Assembly (NCBI GenBank): GCA_021778805.1
Contig: JAJYBV010000002.1
Location: 18,526-82,525 of the forward strand
Length of the DNA stretch: 64,000 nt
From: Chloroflexota bacterium
GTDB taxonomy: Bacteria; Chloroflexota; Ktedonobacteria; Ktedonobacterales; JACDGC01
Reading direction: 5' to 3'
Of the stretch, positions 38,191 through 47,442 are shown piece by piece; positions within the stretch are counted from its first letter, which is position 1; every line of letters begins with the position of its first letter. Under the pieces are notes generated by a model. That model searched no databases and had not been told where the DNA came from. It was given only the letters and a program-made list of their open reading frames with translations. Both the position numbers and the translations under genes were made by a program.

Positions 38191-39042
38191 CTACGCAGAT
38201 TGTTTTATAACAGCGCGCCGTACCGGTTTCCTTGGTAAAGAAGCGCGGTTTGGCGGCGGTTCCATAAAATGGCTGAGATAGGATCGCATGCGCAGAATAG
38301 CCTGTGTATGCAGCTGACACACTCTGGATTCTGAAACATCTATGACAAGTGATATTTCTTTCATCGTCAATTCTTCAATATAATACAGCTGCAAAAGCAG
38401 TCGTTCACGCGGTGGCAGCTTATCTAGCGCTGCAATCAGCACAGATCGCATTTCATGGTGTATGGCTTCATTATGTGGATCGGCCGACGAGTGATCTTCC
38501 AATAATTCGCCTAATGTAGATGTATCGTCATCAGAACGTGAAGACATTAATGGAGCATCTAGTGATAAAATTGCAGCGTTTGCGTCTATCAGCATTTGCC
38601 GATATCGTTCAATGGAAACCCCACATTCCGCTGCAATTTCATCTTCATTTGCTGGTCGGCCCAGCCGCTGTTCCAATTCGGCCAGCGTGCGTTCCAGCGC
38701 GCGCGACCGCGCCATTGTCGAGCGGCTCATCCAATTCAGCGTGCGCAATTGATCAATTACAGCGCCGCGGATTCGTTTCGTGGCGTAAGCCTCGAACTTT
38801 ACCCCGCGTGATGGCTCAAAGCGATCAAGAGCATTAATAAGTCCTATCAGTCCATAGCTCACAAGATCGTCCTGATCAAGAGTTGTTGTTGTAGGGATAT
38901 TCAACCTGGCAACAACAAAAGACACCATAGGCGAATATTTTTCGATTAAACGTGCGCGAATTTTTTCATCACGAGTTTCAATAAATGTTGCCCACAATAT
39001 CTCGTCCTCTGTTTGAACAACATCAGTTGAGCTGTGTTCCAT
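38191..39042 (-). CDS. fliA: flagellar sigma factor FliA (sigma-28)
   Basis: 283 aa. Region 2 (YSPMVSFVVARL, LVSYGLIGLINALDRFEP) and region 4.2 HTH (TMKEISLVIDVSESRVCQLHTQAILRMR). It sits inside the flagellar operon. Confidence 0.85.
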   Translation of the reverse strand: MEHSSTDVVQTEDEILWATFIETRDEKIRARLIEKYSPMVSFVVARLNIPTTTTLDQDDLVSYGLIGLINALDRFEPSRGVKFEAYATKRIRGAVIDQLRTLNWMSRSTMARSRALERTLAELEQRLGRPANEDEIAAECGVSIERYRQMLIDANAAILSLDAPLMSSRSDDDTSTLGELLEDHSSADPHNEAIHHEMRSVLIAALDKLPPRERLLLQLYYIEELTMKEISLVIDVSESRVCQLHTQAILRMRSYLSHFMEPPPNRASLPRKPVRRAVIKQSA

Positions 39043-39089
39043 ATGCGCGATACCTTCCCCATTTTAGGATTTAAACAAAACTTAGTGAT

Positions 39090-39959
39090 TTACGCTGCCA
39101 GAAATTGTTCCTGTTTAGCGTTTTCGTGGGCAAACGCATCATCTTCATGCGTTTCTCCCTCTTTTTGAGCTTTCTCATCCTCATCTTCCGTAATCGCGAT
39201 ATGAGAATCGGCGTCATCTAAAATTTCTTCCAAAGATTTATCATTAGTGGCAGATGCTGCAACAATAATAGCTTCCGGAGATCGCCATGATTCCATTTGA
39301 TTCCAAGACCATGAAGTTACTCTTCCGATTGTCCAAAATAAAGCCAATGTGATGGTAACATGGATAGCGATATCAACACCGTCAGATCCGTTTAACAAAC
39401 CATCGGCAAAAATATACACACCGGTTAAAAACCCCAAGCCATATGCCCAAGAAGGAACCAATGGCGACTTAGATATAACATGGCGATCACGCGCGGTATG
39501 GTTTTGATTTCCATCTTCTTCACGGCGTTTTTTCTCTTCTTTCAGCTCTTTTTTAATAAATTTTGCAAGTGTATCCGATTCTTCGGGTCTTAGCGCGATA
39601 AACTCAACGCCTACCAAGTAGCCTTTCTGCTTCATTTTGATTAGTTTTAATTGTGAGAGCGAAGCCAGCAAGTCTTCTGCTGCCGGGCGAATATGCCGAA
39701 CAACGGAAGGCAATATTTTTTGGACAGGAAAGACCGGTTCACCCAGCTCAACTTTTATAACCGAACCTTCTTTTACCGGTTTAGCGCTAAACAGCAGCGC
39801 GCCGCTGATACTAATGTTTAAAATGACTCCGGCGGCCATAGGCGACTTTGTCTTAAGACTGAAGTTTGTTCTGCTGGCTAATTTAACCCGTGGCGCATAG
39901 CGCGTTGCCGTAGGTGATGGCGGCTCGATAATAACTGCTTTTTTTCCGGGCTGCGACAT
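39090..39959 (-). CDS. PilZ-domain membrane protein
   Basis: 289 aa. RxxxR (RYAPR) and NxSxxG (NISISG) c-di-GMP-binding motifs. Charged linker, two TM helices, acidic tail. Confidence 0.75.
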   Translation of the reverse strand: MSQPGKKAVIIEPPSPTATRYAPRVKLASRTNFSLKTKSPMAAGVILNISISGALLFSAKPVKEGSVIKVELGEPVFPVQKILPSVVRHIRPAAEDLLASLSQLKLIKMKQKGYLVGVEFIALRPEESDTLAKFIKKELKEEKKRREEDGNQNHTARDRHVISKSPLVPSWAYGLGFLTGVYIFADGLLNGSDGVDIAIHVTITLALFWTIGRVTSWSWNQMESWRSPEAIIVAASATNDKSLEEILDDADSHIAITEDEDEKAQKEGETHEDDAFAHENAKQEQFLAA

Positions 39960-39979
39960 GAATTGCTTTCCTCACTTCT

Positions 39980-42070
39980 TTACGACATCGCTGCTAGCGG
40001 CTGTGGAGATAATTGCACAACCCCGGCAGATTTAACATTAGGAAAAACCGACGCTTCTTCATAAGAAAGCACTGCTTGGGTTGGCAAATGCCGTTCGAGC
40101 AGGCGGCGCAGCGCCATTCGAACCCGCATAGAAACCATAATAACCGGCTGGTGTCCTTCCATGGCAGATTTTTCAATGGCGGCGGCTATGCCTTCCAGAA
40201 GTCTTTGCATAAATGACGTTTCAATGGTAAGCATTGGCCCCTGATCGGTGCGTTCCACACTATGCGCCAATGCAATTTCGGTATCGTTTGGCAGCGTTAT
40301 CACATACAAGCCTTTATCCGATTCCTGATATTGCGCGCAAATGGCTCGCGCCAGCGCATATCTGGCGCGTTCCGCCAAAATATCAATATCTTTATTAGCA
40401 CGCGCCGCGGCGCCGATAGCTTCTAAAATGGCAGGCAAATCACGGATACAAACCCGTTCTCGCAACAAAAATTGTAAAACCGCTTGTACTTCACCCAAAG
40501 ATAAAATAGCCGGAACAAGATCATCAACCAAAGCTGGGTGAGAAACTTTTACATGGTCCATTAACTGATGGGTATCTTGCTTTGACAGCAGCGACCATGC
40601 GTTTGCCTTAATCACTTCAGTAAGATGTGTTGCAAGCACCGATGGGGCATCCACAACGGTATATTTTGCCGCTTCAGCGGTTTCTTTCATCGCGCTGCTA
40701 ATCCAAATGGCAGGCAAGCCAAAAGTCGGCTCTACCGTTGGAATGCCATCGATCTCTTCCTCTGCCAAACCGGAGTTCATTGCTAAATATTGCGACACAA
40801 ACAGTTTGCCTTCAGCGACTGCAACGCCGCGAATTTTTATCACATACGTATTGGGATCGAGAGACACATCATCATGAATGCGAATAGTTGGGGTAATAAT
40901 ACCCAATTCCTGTGCAATCTGCCGGCGAATCAGCGACACACGGGTTAGGAAATTCGCGCCGGAATTTTTATCTACCAGCGAGATTAGCCCATAGCCAACC
41001 GCAAGCTCCATTGCGTCTACATCCAGCAGTTTCATAACAGATTCTGCAGAATCATCGCTTGGCGCGCCAGATTGCGTCGGAGTGGCCGCTTCAGCAGCGA
41101 TTTCTTTTTGCTTATTGCGGTTTAAATAAAACGCGCCGACAACACCCGAGGCGCCGATTCCCACAAATGGCAGAAATGGCATGCCCGGAATAAGGCCAAT
41201 CAGCCCAATCAGCGCGGCGGCAGTGCCCATAGCTCGGGGCTGAAAGCCGAGCTGGTTCACAATATCTCTGCCAAGATTGCTGCTTTTATCGCTTTCTGCG
41301 CGAGTAACAACAATGCCGGTTGCGGTAGATATTAGCAGCGCTGGAATTTGCGTCACCAAACCATCGCCAATAGTCAGCAGCGAATAGCGGTTGATAGCCG
41401 TCATAATATCTAAATTATTTTGCACAACCCCAATGATGATACCGCCGATGATATTTATAAGGATGATGATGATTCCCGCAGTTGCGTCACCTTTCACAAA
41501 CTTGCTGGCGCCATCCATCGCCCCGTAAAAATCAGCTTCCTGCTGGATTTTGCGGCGGCGCTGCTGCGCAGTTGTTTGATCGATAACACCGGCGTTTAAA
41601 TCTGCGTCGATTGCCATTTGTTTGCCAGGCATAGCGTCTAACGTAAAGCGCGCCGCAACTTCGGCGACTCGACCGGCGCCATTGGTAATGACCACAAACT
41701 GAATGACGGTTAAGATGAGGAACACCACAATACCAACAATAAAACTGCCACCAATAACAAAAGATCCGAAAGCGTCGATAACCGGACCGGCTTGGGCTTG
41801 CAGCAAAATCAATCGAGTTGAAGAGATATTCAACCCCAATCGCATTAATGTGGTAACCAGCAATAGAGCGGGCAGCACCGAGAATTCCAGCGGCTCTTGG
41901 GTATATATAGCCACCAGTAAAATGGTGAGGGCTGCGCCAAGATTCAACACCTGCAATATGGCCAGCAGTTCAGGTGGCAAAGGCACAATCAGCAGCGCAA
42001 TAACACTGACGATTCCACCGGCCAGAAATACATCCGTATATTTTCCAAAGCGGGTTAGGAATGATGGCAT
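39980..42070 (-). CDS. flhA: flagellar type III export protein FlhA
   Basis: The ORF extends to 42124, but AGGAG sits 8 nt before the ATG at 42070 (MPSFLTRFGKYTD). The FlhA motif FYGAMDGASKFVKGDA is present. Multi-TM N-terminal half plus large cytoplasmic domain. Confidence 0.95.
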   Translation of the reverse strand: MPSFLTRFGKYTDVFLAGGIVSVIALLIVPLPPELLAILQVLNLGAALTILLVAIYTQEPLEFSVLPALLLVTTLMRLGLNISSTRLILLQAQAGPVIDAFGSFVIGGSFIVGIVVFLILTVIQFVVITNGAGRVAEVAARFTLDAMPGKQMAIDADLNAGVIDQTTAQQRRRKIQQEADFYGAMDGASKFVKGDATAGIIIILINIIGGIIIGVVQNNLDIMTAINRYSLLTIGDGLVTQIPALLISTATGIVVTRAESDKSSNLGRDIVNQLGFQPRAMGTAAALIGLIGLIPGMPFLPFVGIGASGVVGAFYLNRNKQKEIAAEAATPTQSGAPSDDSAESVMKLLDVDAMELAVGYGLISLVDKNSGANFLTRVSLIRRQIAQELGIITPTIRIHDDVSLDPNTYVIKIRGVAVAEGKLFVSQYLAMNSGLAEEEIDGIPTVEPTFGLPAIWISSAMKETAEAAKYTVVDAPSVLATHLTEVIKANAWSLLSKQDTHQLMDHVKVSHPALVDDLVPAILSLGEVQAVLQFLLRERVCIRDLPAILEAIGAAARANKDIDILAERARYALARAICAQYQESDKGLYVITLPNDTEIALAHSVERTDQGPMLTIETSFMQRLLEGIAAAIEKSAMEGHQPVIMVSMRVRMALRRLLERHLPTQAVLSYEEASVFPNVKSAGVVQLSPQPLAAMS

Positions 42071-42262
42071 GAAGATTACTCCTTTCAGGAACACAAACCC
42101 CTGCGTAATGGCAGATATTGACAAAATTTTTCTCTGTACTAAAAGTTTAGTAGCGAAGCGCCTTCAGACATAATGGATATCAATCCTTAAATGTTCGTCT
42201 GTCGGTCCATAGATTTCACGGCAATTTTACATCTCAGCGCGCAAAGCAACGCAATTATCATT

Positions 42263-43324
42263 TCACCAACGGCGCTTAATGCGATAGATAAACGCTATTA
42301 CTTCCGCTACGGCGCGGTATAATTCGATGGGAATCTCGCGATCTACCTCGGCAGTTGCATACAGTGAACGCGCCAGCGGCGGATTTTCAATAATTGGGAT
42401 GTTATATTTTCGGGCAGTTTCTTTGATGGTTTGCGCCATAAAGTCTTGGCCCTTAGCGGTTACAATCGGCGCGCGGGTTTTACCCGACTGATAATACAGC
42501 GCAACTGCAAAGTGTGTTGGGTTGGTAATAACCATGGTTGATTTTTTTACTTTTTCCATCATGCGTTTTTTAGCGAGCGCACGCTGCATCCGGCGAATAC
42601 GCGACTTTATTTGCGGATTGCCTTCCATTTCTTTTTGTTCATCGCGTACTTCCTGTTTGGTCATTCGCATCTGGCGAATATAACGCCAGCGTTGAAACGC
42701 ATAATCTGCGGCAGCCAGCACACCGCCGACCAGCGCAATAGAAAACAACAACGAATATAACGCGCCGCCAAGAATTTGCGGCGCAACAGCAAGAATATTT
42801 TGGGGAGTTTGCCCAATTTGCGTTAATGTGCCGGAAATTGCCATATAGGCGGCAAATCCTAAAATAGCAATGCGAACAAATTGCTTAAATAATTCAAATA
42901 TCGTAGTTAATGAAAACATGCGTTTTAAACCATTAACCGGATTGATGCGGTCGAACTTCGGCGTAAGCAATTTTGGGGAAAACGCCAGCCCGGTTTGCCC
43001 TAACCCCGCGGCCGTTGCAATGACAAACAGGGTTAACGCTAACGGCGCAAGCGCGCTGACAGCGTAGCTGCACTCAACAAATATAAGATGATATACATCT
43101 GTTACAGTAATATCGCCATTGCCGGCGCTTAACAGGCCAACCCCAATTAAATTCTGCAAATTCTGCCAGCTATATGGCGCGGTCATCCGCAAGATGAACA
43201 CCGCCAACACTAATGACGCTGCGCCGGGCAGTTCTGCGCTGCGCGATACCTGGCCACGACGGCGTGCGTCGCGCAGCCGCTTTGGAGTAGCCTGCTCTGT
43301 TCTTTCTTGTCCGGATTCCTGCAT
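42263..43324 (-). CDS. flhB: flagellar type III export protein FlhB
   Basis: 353 aa. N-terminus ERTEQATPKRLRDARRRGQV. NPTH autocleavage site (VITNPTHFAVAL). Confidence 0.95.
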   Translation of the reverse strand: MQESGQERTEQATPKRLRDARRRGQVSRSAELPGAASLVLAVFILRMTAPYSWQNLQNLIGVGLLSAGNGDITVTDVYHLIFVECSYAVSALAPLALTLFVIATAAGLGQTGLAFSPKLLTPKFDRINPVNGLKRMFSLTTIFELFKQFVRIAILGFAAYMAISGTLTQIGQTPQNILAVAPQILGGALYSLLFSIALVGGVLAAADYAFQRWRYIRQMRMTKQEVRDEQKEMEGNPQIKSRIRRMQRALAKKRMMEKVKKSTMVITNPTHFAVALYYQSGKTRAPIVTAKGQDFMAQTIKETARKYNIPIIENPPLARSLYATAEVDREIPIELYRAVAEVIAFIYRIKRRW

Positions 43325-43330
43325 AGCCCG

Positions 43331-44089
43331 TCACTTCCATAGCGAGATAAGCGGTAATGTTTGCATTTGCTGCGCAATTGTTTCAATAATGTATGGCAGT
43401 GTTATCAATAACACACCAATAGACGCTGCGGCTTTCAACGGCAAATTTAACGCAAACATATTCAGCGCAGGTATGGCGCGATTTATCAGGCCGGTAATAA
43501 AATCTGCCAGCAGCAATGCCGCCAATAGAGGAAAGGCCAGCGCAAAACCGTATTCCAGCGCCGTAAGGCCCAGCGGCAAAAATGTATTGATAATCTGTTG
43601 TGAAAGCATCATCTGGGTAATTGGAGCAATAATAAAACTTTTACCTAACGCCAGAAAAATCCAATGCTGGCCATCTAATCCTAAAAATATCAGGCCGGCA
43701 ATGATGTTATAGACGGCGCCGCTGATGGCAATTGTATCATTTGTGCCGGCCATTTGTATGCCCGGTGTTGTTATCCCAATTTGTTGGCCAACCAATGAAC
43801 CAGCCATATCTCCGGCGCGGTATACTACCATAAAAACAAACGCAAACGCCAGCCCTATCAGCAATTCTTGCGCAAATAAAACAACCAGCGCGGCCGGATC
43901 TTGCGATATATTTCCGGCGTTTTGCATTTGTTCTGGTGTAAATAAAAATGCTGTTACTGCGCTTAAACCGATTTTTACCGTAACAGGAATCTGCTGTTCC
44001 GAATATATCGGCGCCGCAAACAGGGCACCGGTAACTCGGGTAAAAATCAGAAAAAACACAATAAGAGCGCTGGCTTGCTGTCCTTGCAT
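43331..44089 (-). CDS. fliR: flagellar export gate protein FliR
   Basis: 252 aa, polytopic. FLIFTRVTGALFAAPIY is a typical FliR N-terminus. Position lies between fliQ and flhB. Confidence 0.9.
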   Translation of the reverse strand: MQGQQASALIVFFLIFTRVTGALFAAPIYSEQQIPVTVKIGLSAVTAFLFTPEQMQNAGNISQDPAALVVLFAQELLIGLAFAFVFMVVYRAGDMAGSLVGQQIGITTPGIQMAGTNDTIAISGAVYNIIAGLIFLGLDGQHWIFLALGKSFIIAPITQMMLSQQIINTFLPLGLTALEYGFALAFPLLAALLLADFITGLINRAIPALNMFALNLPLKAAASIGVLLITLPYIIETIAQQMQTLPLISLWK

Positions 44090-44119
44090 GAAAAAACATC
44101 CTTTTACCGATTCGCAACG

Positions 44120-44389
44120 TTAATGAATATAGTTTGGCAAATTTGAATACAAATTTGAAACAAAGTTTAGCAGCGTTTGCAGCGCCCATGGCCCAACTAA
44201 AATAATGGCCAGCGCAACCGCAACGATCTTCGGCACAAAGTTAACTGCCTGTTCATTTACCTGCGTAACTGCCTGCAGCAGACTGATTACCAAACCAACG
44301 ACCAAAGCAGTTAATAAAACCGGCGCGCTTAGTTCCAACGCAAGAAATAATGCGTTTTGCATTAATGTTAATACGGTAGATTGTGACAT
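44120..44389 (-). CDS. fliQ: flagellar export gate protein FliQ
   Basis: 89 aa with two TM helices. LALELSAPVLLTALVVGLVISLLQAVTQVNEQAVNFVPK is the FliQ signature region. AGAGG RBS. Confidence 0.9.
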   Translation of the reverse strand: MSQSTVLTLMQNALFLALELSAPVLLTALVVGLVISLLQAVTQVNEQAVNFVPKIVAVALAIILVGPWALQTLLNFVSNLYSNLPNYIH

Positions 44390-44497
44390 TCCGCTAACCT
44401 CTTCTTTTGAAGTTTCTGGTATGAGTATATGCGCGTCGCGGCAAAATCTTGAGGGGCAGAAGTCACTGAATTCGCTTGATTACCGGGTCTATTTTTA

Positions 44498-44560
44498 TAG
44501 CTACAAGTTTTGTATGGTTTGTCGAATGGCTTTTCATGGCGTTTTGAATCATTGTACTTG
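44498..44560 (-). pseudogene. decayed relic of the 3' end of an epimerase gene (displaced att-like copy)
   Basis: Positions 44498-44530 match 46337-46369 at 32 of 33 nt. In the gene frame the relic reads ..FKTP*KAIRQTIQNL*, against FTSTPHRLAIRQTIQNLQL in the intact gene. Confidence 0.5.
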
Positions 44561-44584
44561 GGTATGGGATCTTTTTTATGTGTA

Positions 44585-45057
44585 TCGTGTTTGGGGACAC
44601 CCCCAAACATAATTTTTTATTCCAAAAGCAATATTAATAGCTTGGCGCCAAGGGCGACCGCGCGGTGTACATAACTAGGGATTCGTAAGGGGCGGATGCC
44701 CCTTGCGCGGGGTTTGGGGTGTCCCCATAATATCTTTTTATTTTTCTGATGGAAAATACTGGCAGCTTGGCGCCAAGGGCGACCGCAAGGGTCGCCCTAC
44801 CGGTTTGCATCGCCTCAATGTGTACCGTGCGGCGTATGCTATAAAACAAACGATATGTGGCAGCGCTTGTGCTTCGGAGCGGTGCAGGTGGCAAGGTGGC
44901 CCCGAAACGAACACCACACGATGAATCATGTGGCTTGTTTCCCCACATCCACCCATGTGTACCGTGCAGTGGTTGTTCAACAACAGGCACTATGGGCATT
45001 CAATATACTCTGCTCTGTTGATCTTCATCCCGATTAAAATATCAAAGACCATTACAA
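44585..45057 (+). repeat. Composite, degenerate copy of the mosaic repeat family (partial hairpin, M', S, M, R; right end decayed)
   Basis: By eye about 90 percent identical to 22490-22860 over S+M+R. The right terminus ATATCAAAGACCATTACAAC is a decayed TIR. It has an extra GGGGACACCCC hairpin at 44594-44604. Confidence 0.85.
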
Positions 45058-45208
45058 CTTTTTGCTTTTTTATTGGTGTTAGTGGCTCCGTTACTGGCGC
45101 CAATATCTTTCACCATATATGTGCCTGAGCCAATTATATTTTGTCGTTAATAGTCGTATAATAGATATATGGAATGCTGAATTTTTGAGAAAAAGCGAGT
45201 GTTGAGTT

Positions 45209-45430
45209 ATGCTTCACCGTCATCTGAATCATCAGGATTACACACTTGCCGCTATTGACGATATCATTGGTCGAGGCAAAAGACAGGATTGGGCAGATTT
45301 ACGCCAAGCAGCTCTTAGCGATACCGTTATTATGGAAAAAATATTGCAGGTTTGTAATGCACAAGTAAGTGATCCTTATGCGCAACGATATTACTTCTGG
45401 AAATATTATGCCGAACAACATCTATCCTGA
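45209..45430 (+). CDS. small protein, putative partner/antitoxin of the downstream AbiEii-like nucleotidyltransferase
   Basis: 73 aa. It overlaps the downstream gene by 23 nt, a TA-like arrangement. No recognisable HTH. Confidence 0.45.
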   Translation: MLHRHLNHQDYTLAAIDDIIGRGKRQDWADLRQAALSDTVIMEKILQVCNAQVSDPYAQRYYFWKYYAEQHLS

Positions 45431-46094
45431 CTGGGAGCAGGTTCTTTCTTCTGCTGCCCAATTACAGCAAATCCTGCCAGATGCAGTTCTGGTTGGTGGT
45501 ACTGCGGCAGCATTTTATGCCGAACACAGGCTTTCCACTGATGCTGATCATATTCTAACTAACCTGCAAAGCCATTTTGACGAAATACTGGCACAACTCG
45601 AATCTGTAGCAGGATGGAAAACTGCGCGAGTTCGTCGTCCTGTACTAATTCTTGGAAATCTTGATGGTATTGAAACTGGTATCCGGCAATTAATTCGTGA
45701 GGAGCCATTGGAAACCACGCAAATTGAAATTATTGGCCAAAAAATCACCGTTCCAACTCAAGCGGAAATTTTGCGGATCAAAGGCGCACTCATACTAAAG
45801 AGAAACGCTACACGTGATTATTTGGATTTTATTGCTCTTGCCGAACATTTGGGTTCGGAGAATGTCATAGGAGCTTTGCTGTCGTTTGATCGTCTTTATC
45901 CACAACAAAATGGTGAATCAGCTTTACAGCAACTTCAAATTCAATTGGCAAATCCGCTTCCTTACGATCTTGATACTGTTCATCTGAGTGAGTACAAACA
46001 ATTAGATCTTCGCTGGCATGATTGGAACGTTGTCAAATCTTTATGTATGAATTATGCTGTATTGATGTTTGACAGGATTATCGGAGGCAATTAA
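45408..46094 (+). CDS. nucleotidyltransferase, AbiEii/AbiGii toxin-like family
   Basis: VLVGGTAAAFYAEHRLSTDADHIL matches the GGTA..HR.S.D.D core of the DUF1814/AbiEii family. The start is taken at MPNNIYPDW. Confidence 0.65.
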   Translation: MPNNIYPDWEQVLSSAAQLQQILPDAVLVGGTAAAFYAEHRLSTDADHILTNLQSHFDEILAQLESVAGWKTARVRRPVLILGNLDGIETGIRQLIREEPLETTQIEIIGQKITVPTQAEILRIKGALILKRNATRDYLDFIALAEHLGSENVIGALLSFDRLYPQQNGESALQQLQIQLANPLPYDLDTVHLSEYKQLDLRWHDWNVVKSLCMNYAVLMFDRIIGGN

Positions 46095-46261
46095 GAACCA
46101 CAAACCTTGCTAATTTTTTTGAGTAGATCTTAAAAAGCAGTTCCAACGCCTCGGCTATATGCTCTATCAGGTTCGCTCTCGTTTATAGGAAGACTACATA
46201 ACCCAGGAGTTACTCTACCATCGCATCTCTCTTATTCCTTTAGTAAGGGTATGCCCTATTA

Positions 46262-46320
46262 TTCGCAAGGGGCGGCTGCCCCTTGCGCGGGGATTGAGGT
46301 GTCCCCCCCTCCAAAAAAAC
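46262..46320 (+). repeat. Solo S-unit hairpin pair of the mosaic repeat family
   Basis: CAAGGGGC-GGCT-GCCCCTTGCGCGGGGATTGAGGTGTCCCC, followed by CCAAAAAAACATAATT. Confidence 0.8.
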
Positions 46321-46324
46321 ATAA

Positions 46325-47317
46325 TTACTGTGTATCTAGCTGCAAGTTTTGTATGGTTTGTCGAATGGCCAAGCGATGGGGCGTAGAAGTAAAATTGCCA
46401 AAAGCTTGCAAAAACTTTGTTGCGTCAACTAGATATGGGCGATCAAATTCATATCGCATTTCATATATTTCCCGCACGATGGGGTCGAACATTCCAGTGG
46501 CCAGCAGCATCCACGGCGCAAACACCTGTATTTTTACAGAATGACTGCGCGGCGGCGCGCCGATTTGCGCATCATATTCTTCTTGCAGTATGGTTAGAAA
46601 CTGCCGGCCGGTTATTGCTTGCGGGGATGGTATGTTCCATATTTCGCCAAGCGCTTTTTCTTGCTGTGACAATATTAGCAGACCTTCAGCAAAATCATCC
46701 ACATAAATTATAGCGTGCGGTTGATCGGCAGAAACGATCCATGGCAACGCTTTATGATTGCGCAATGCGTTCATAGTGCGCGTATTGATGATGAGAGAAT
46801 TCAATGCGCTGGGACCATAATAATCTGGCGCGCGGCCAATAGCAGCGCGAATACTGCCTTGTTGATGCGCTGTCATTATTTTTTCACTGAGTTTAACGCG
46901 GATTTTGCCTTTTTGCGTAATCGGCGCATATGGCAAAGTTTCCACCAACGGATCTGTGGATGGCGGGTACATATACAAATTATCAGCAAGTATTAATTTG
47001 GCGTTTGCGTGCGCGGCGGCGGCAATAACATTTTCCAGCATAATGGGCAGCAATTCTGCCCATTGGTGATATGGCGCATTAGCGCAATAATAGATGATTT
47101 TAGCGTCACGGCATGCAGCGATAATCTCATCTTTCTGCAAAACATCCGCCGGATAAAACTCTACTTTTCCATCCTGGCTGATAGCGCGCCGGCAATTGCG
47201 GCTGATAGCGCGTACAGGGATATTTTTAGCGGCAAGCGCCCTGGTAACAGCTGCACCAATACCGCTGCCGGCGCCAAGTACAATCGTTTGCGCAAATAAT
47301 TGTGAATCTGGATTCAT
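46325..47317 (-). CDS. NAD(P)-dependent epimerase/dehydratase-family (SDR) protein
   Basis: 330 aa. Rossmann motif VLGAGSGIGAAVTRAL. Extended-SDR length. Confidence 0.8.
   Translation of the reverse strand: MNPDSQLFAQTIVLGAGSGIGAAVTRALAAKNIPVRAISRNCRRAISQDGKVEFYPADVLQKDEIIAACRDAKIIYYCANAPYHQWAELLPIMLENVIAAAAHANAKLILADNLYMYPPSTDPLVETLPYAPITQKGKIRVKLSEKIMTAHQQGSIRAAIGRAPDYYGPSALNSLIINTRTMNALRNHKALPWIVSADQPHAIIYVDDFAEGLLILSQQEKALGEIWNIPSPQAITGRQFLTILQEEYDAQIGAPPRSHSVKIQVFAPWMLLATGMFDPIVREIYEMRYEFDRPYLVDATKFLQAFGNFTSTPHRLAIRQTIQNLQLDTQ
46337..46369. repeat. 33-bp direct repeat (att-like), partner of 44498-44530
   Basis: TAGCTGCAAGTTTTGTATGGTTTGTCGAATGGC versus TAGCTACAAGTTTTGTATGGTTTGTCGAATGGC. 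This copy encodes the last residues of the epimerase. Confidence 0.85.
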
Positions 47318-47442
47318 TATAACAACACCTCTTTTTATTCATCAATGCTTAAAATATAAACAATGTTATATTTTTAAACACTGTTCATATTTTAAAAAAT
47401 AAAAGAGTATGTTGTCAAGACGCAAAATATTTAAAGCAAAAA

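Noticed and set aside
44390-46324. Prophage or larger defence island around the AbiEii-like gene
   Set aside because: The segment holds only two small genes plus repeats. There are no phage structural, integrase or further defence genes, so it is reported only as a small att-bracketed islet.
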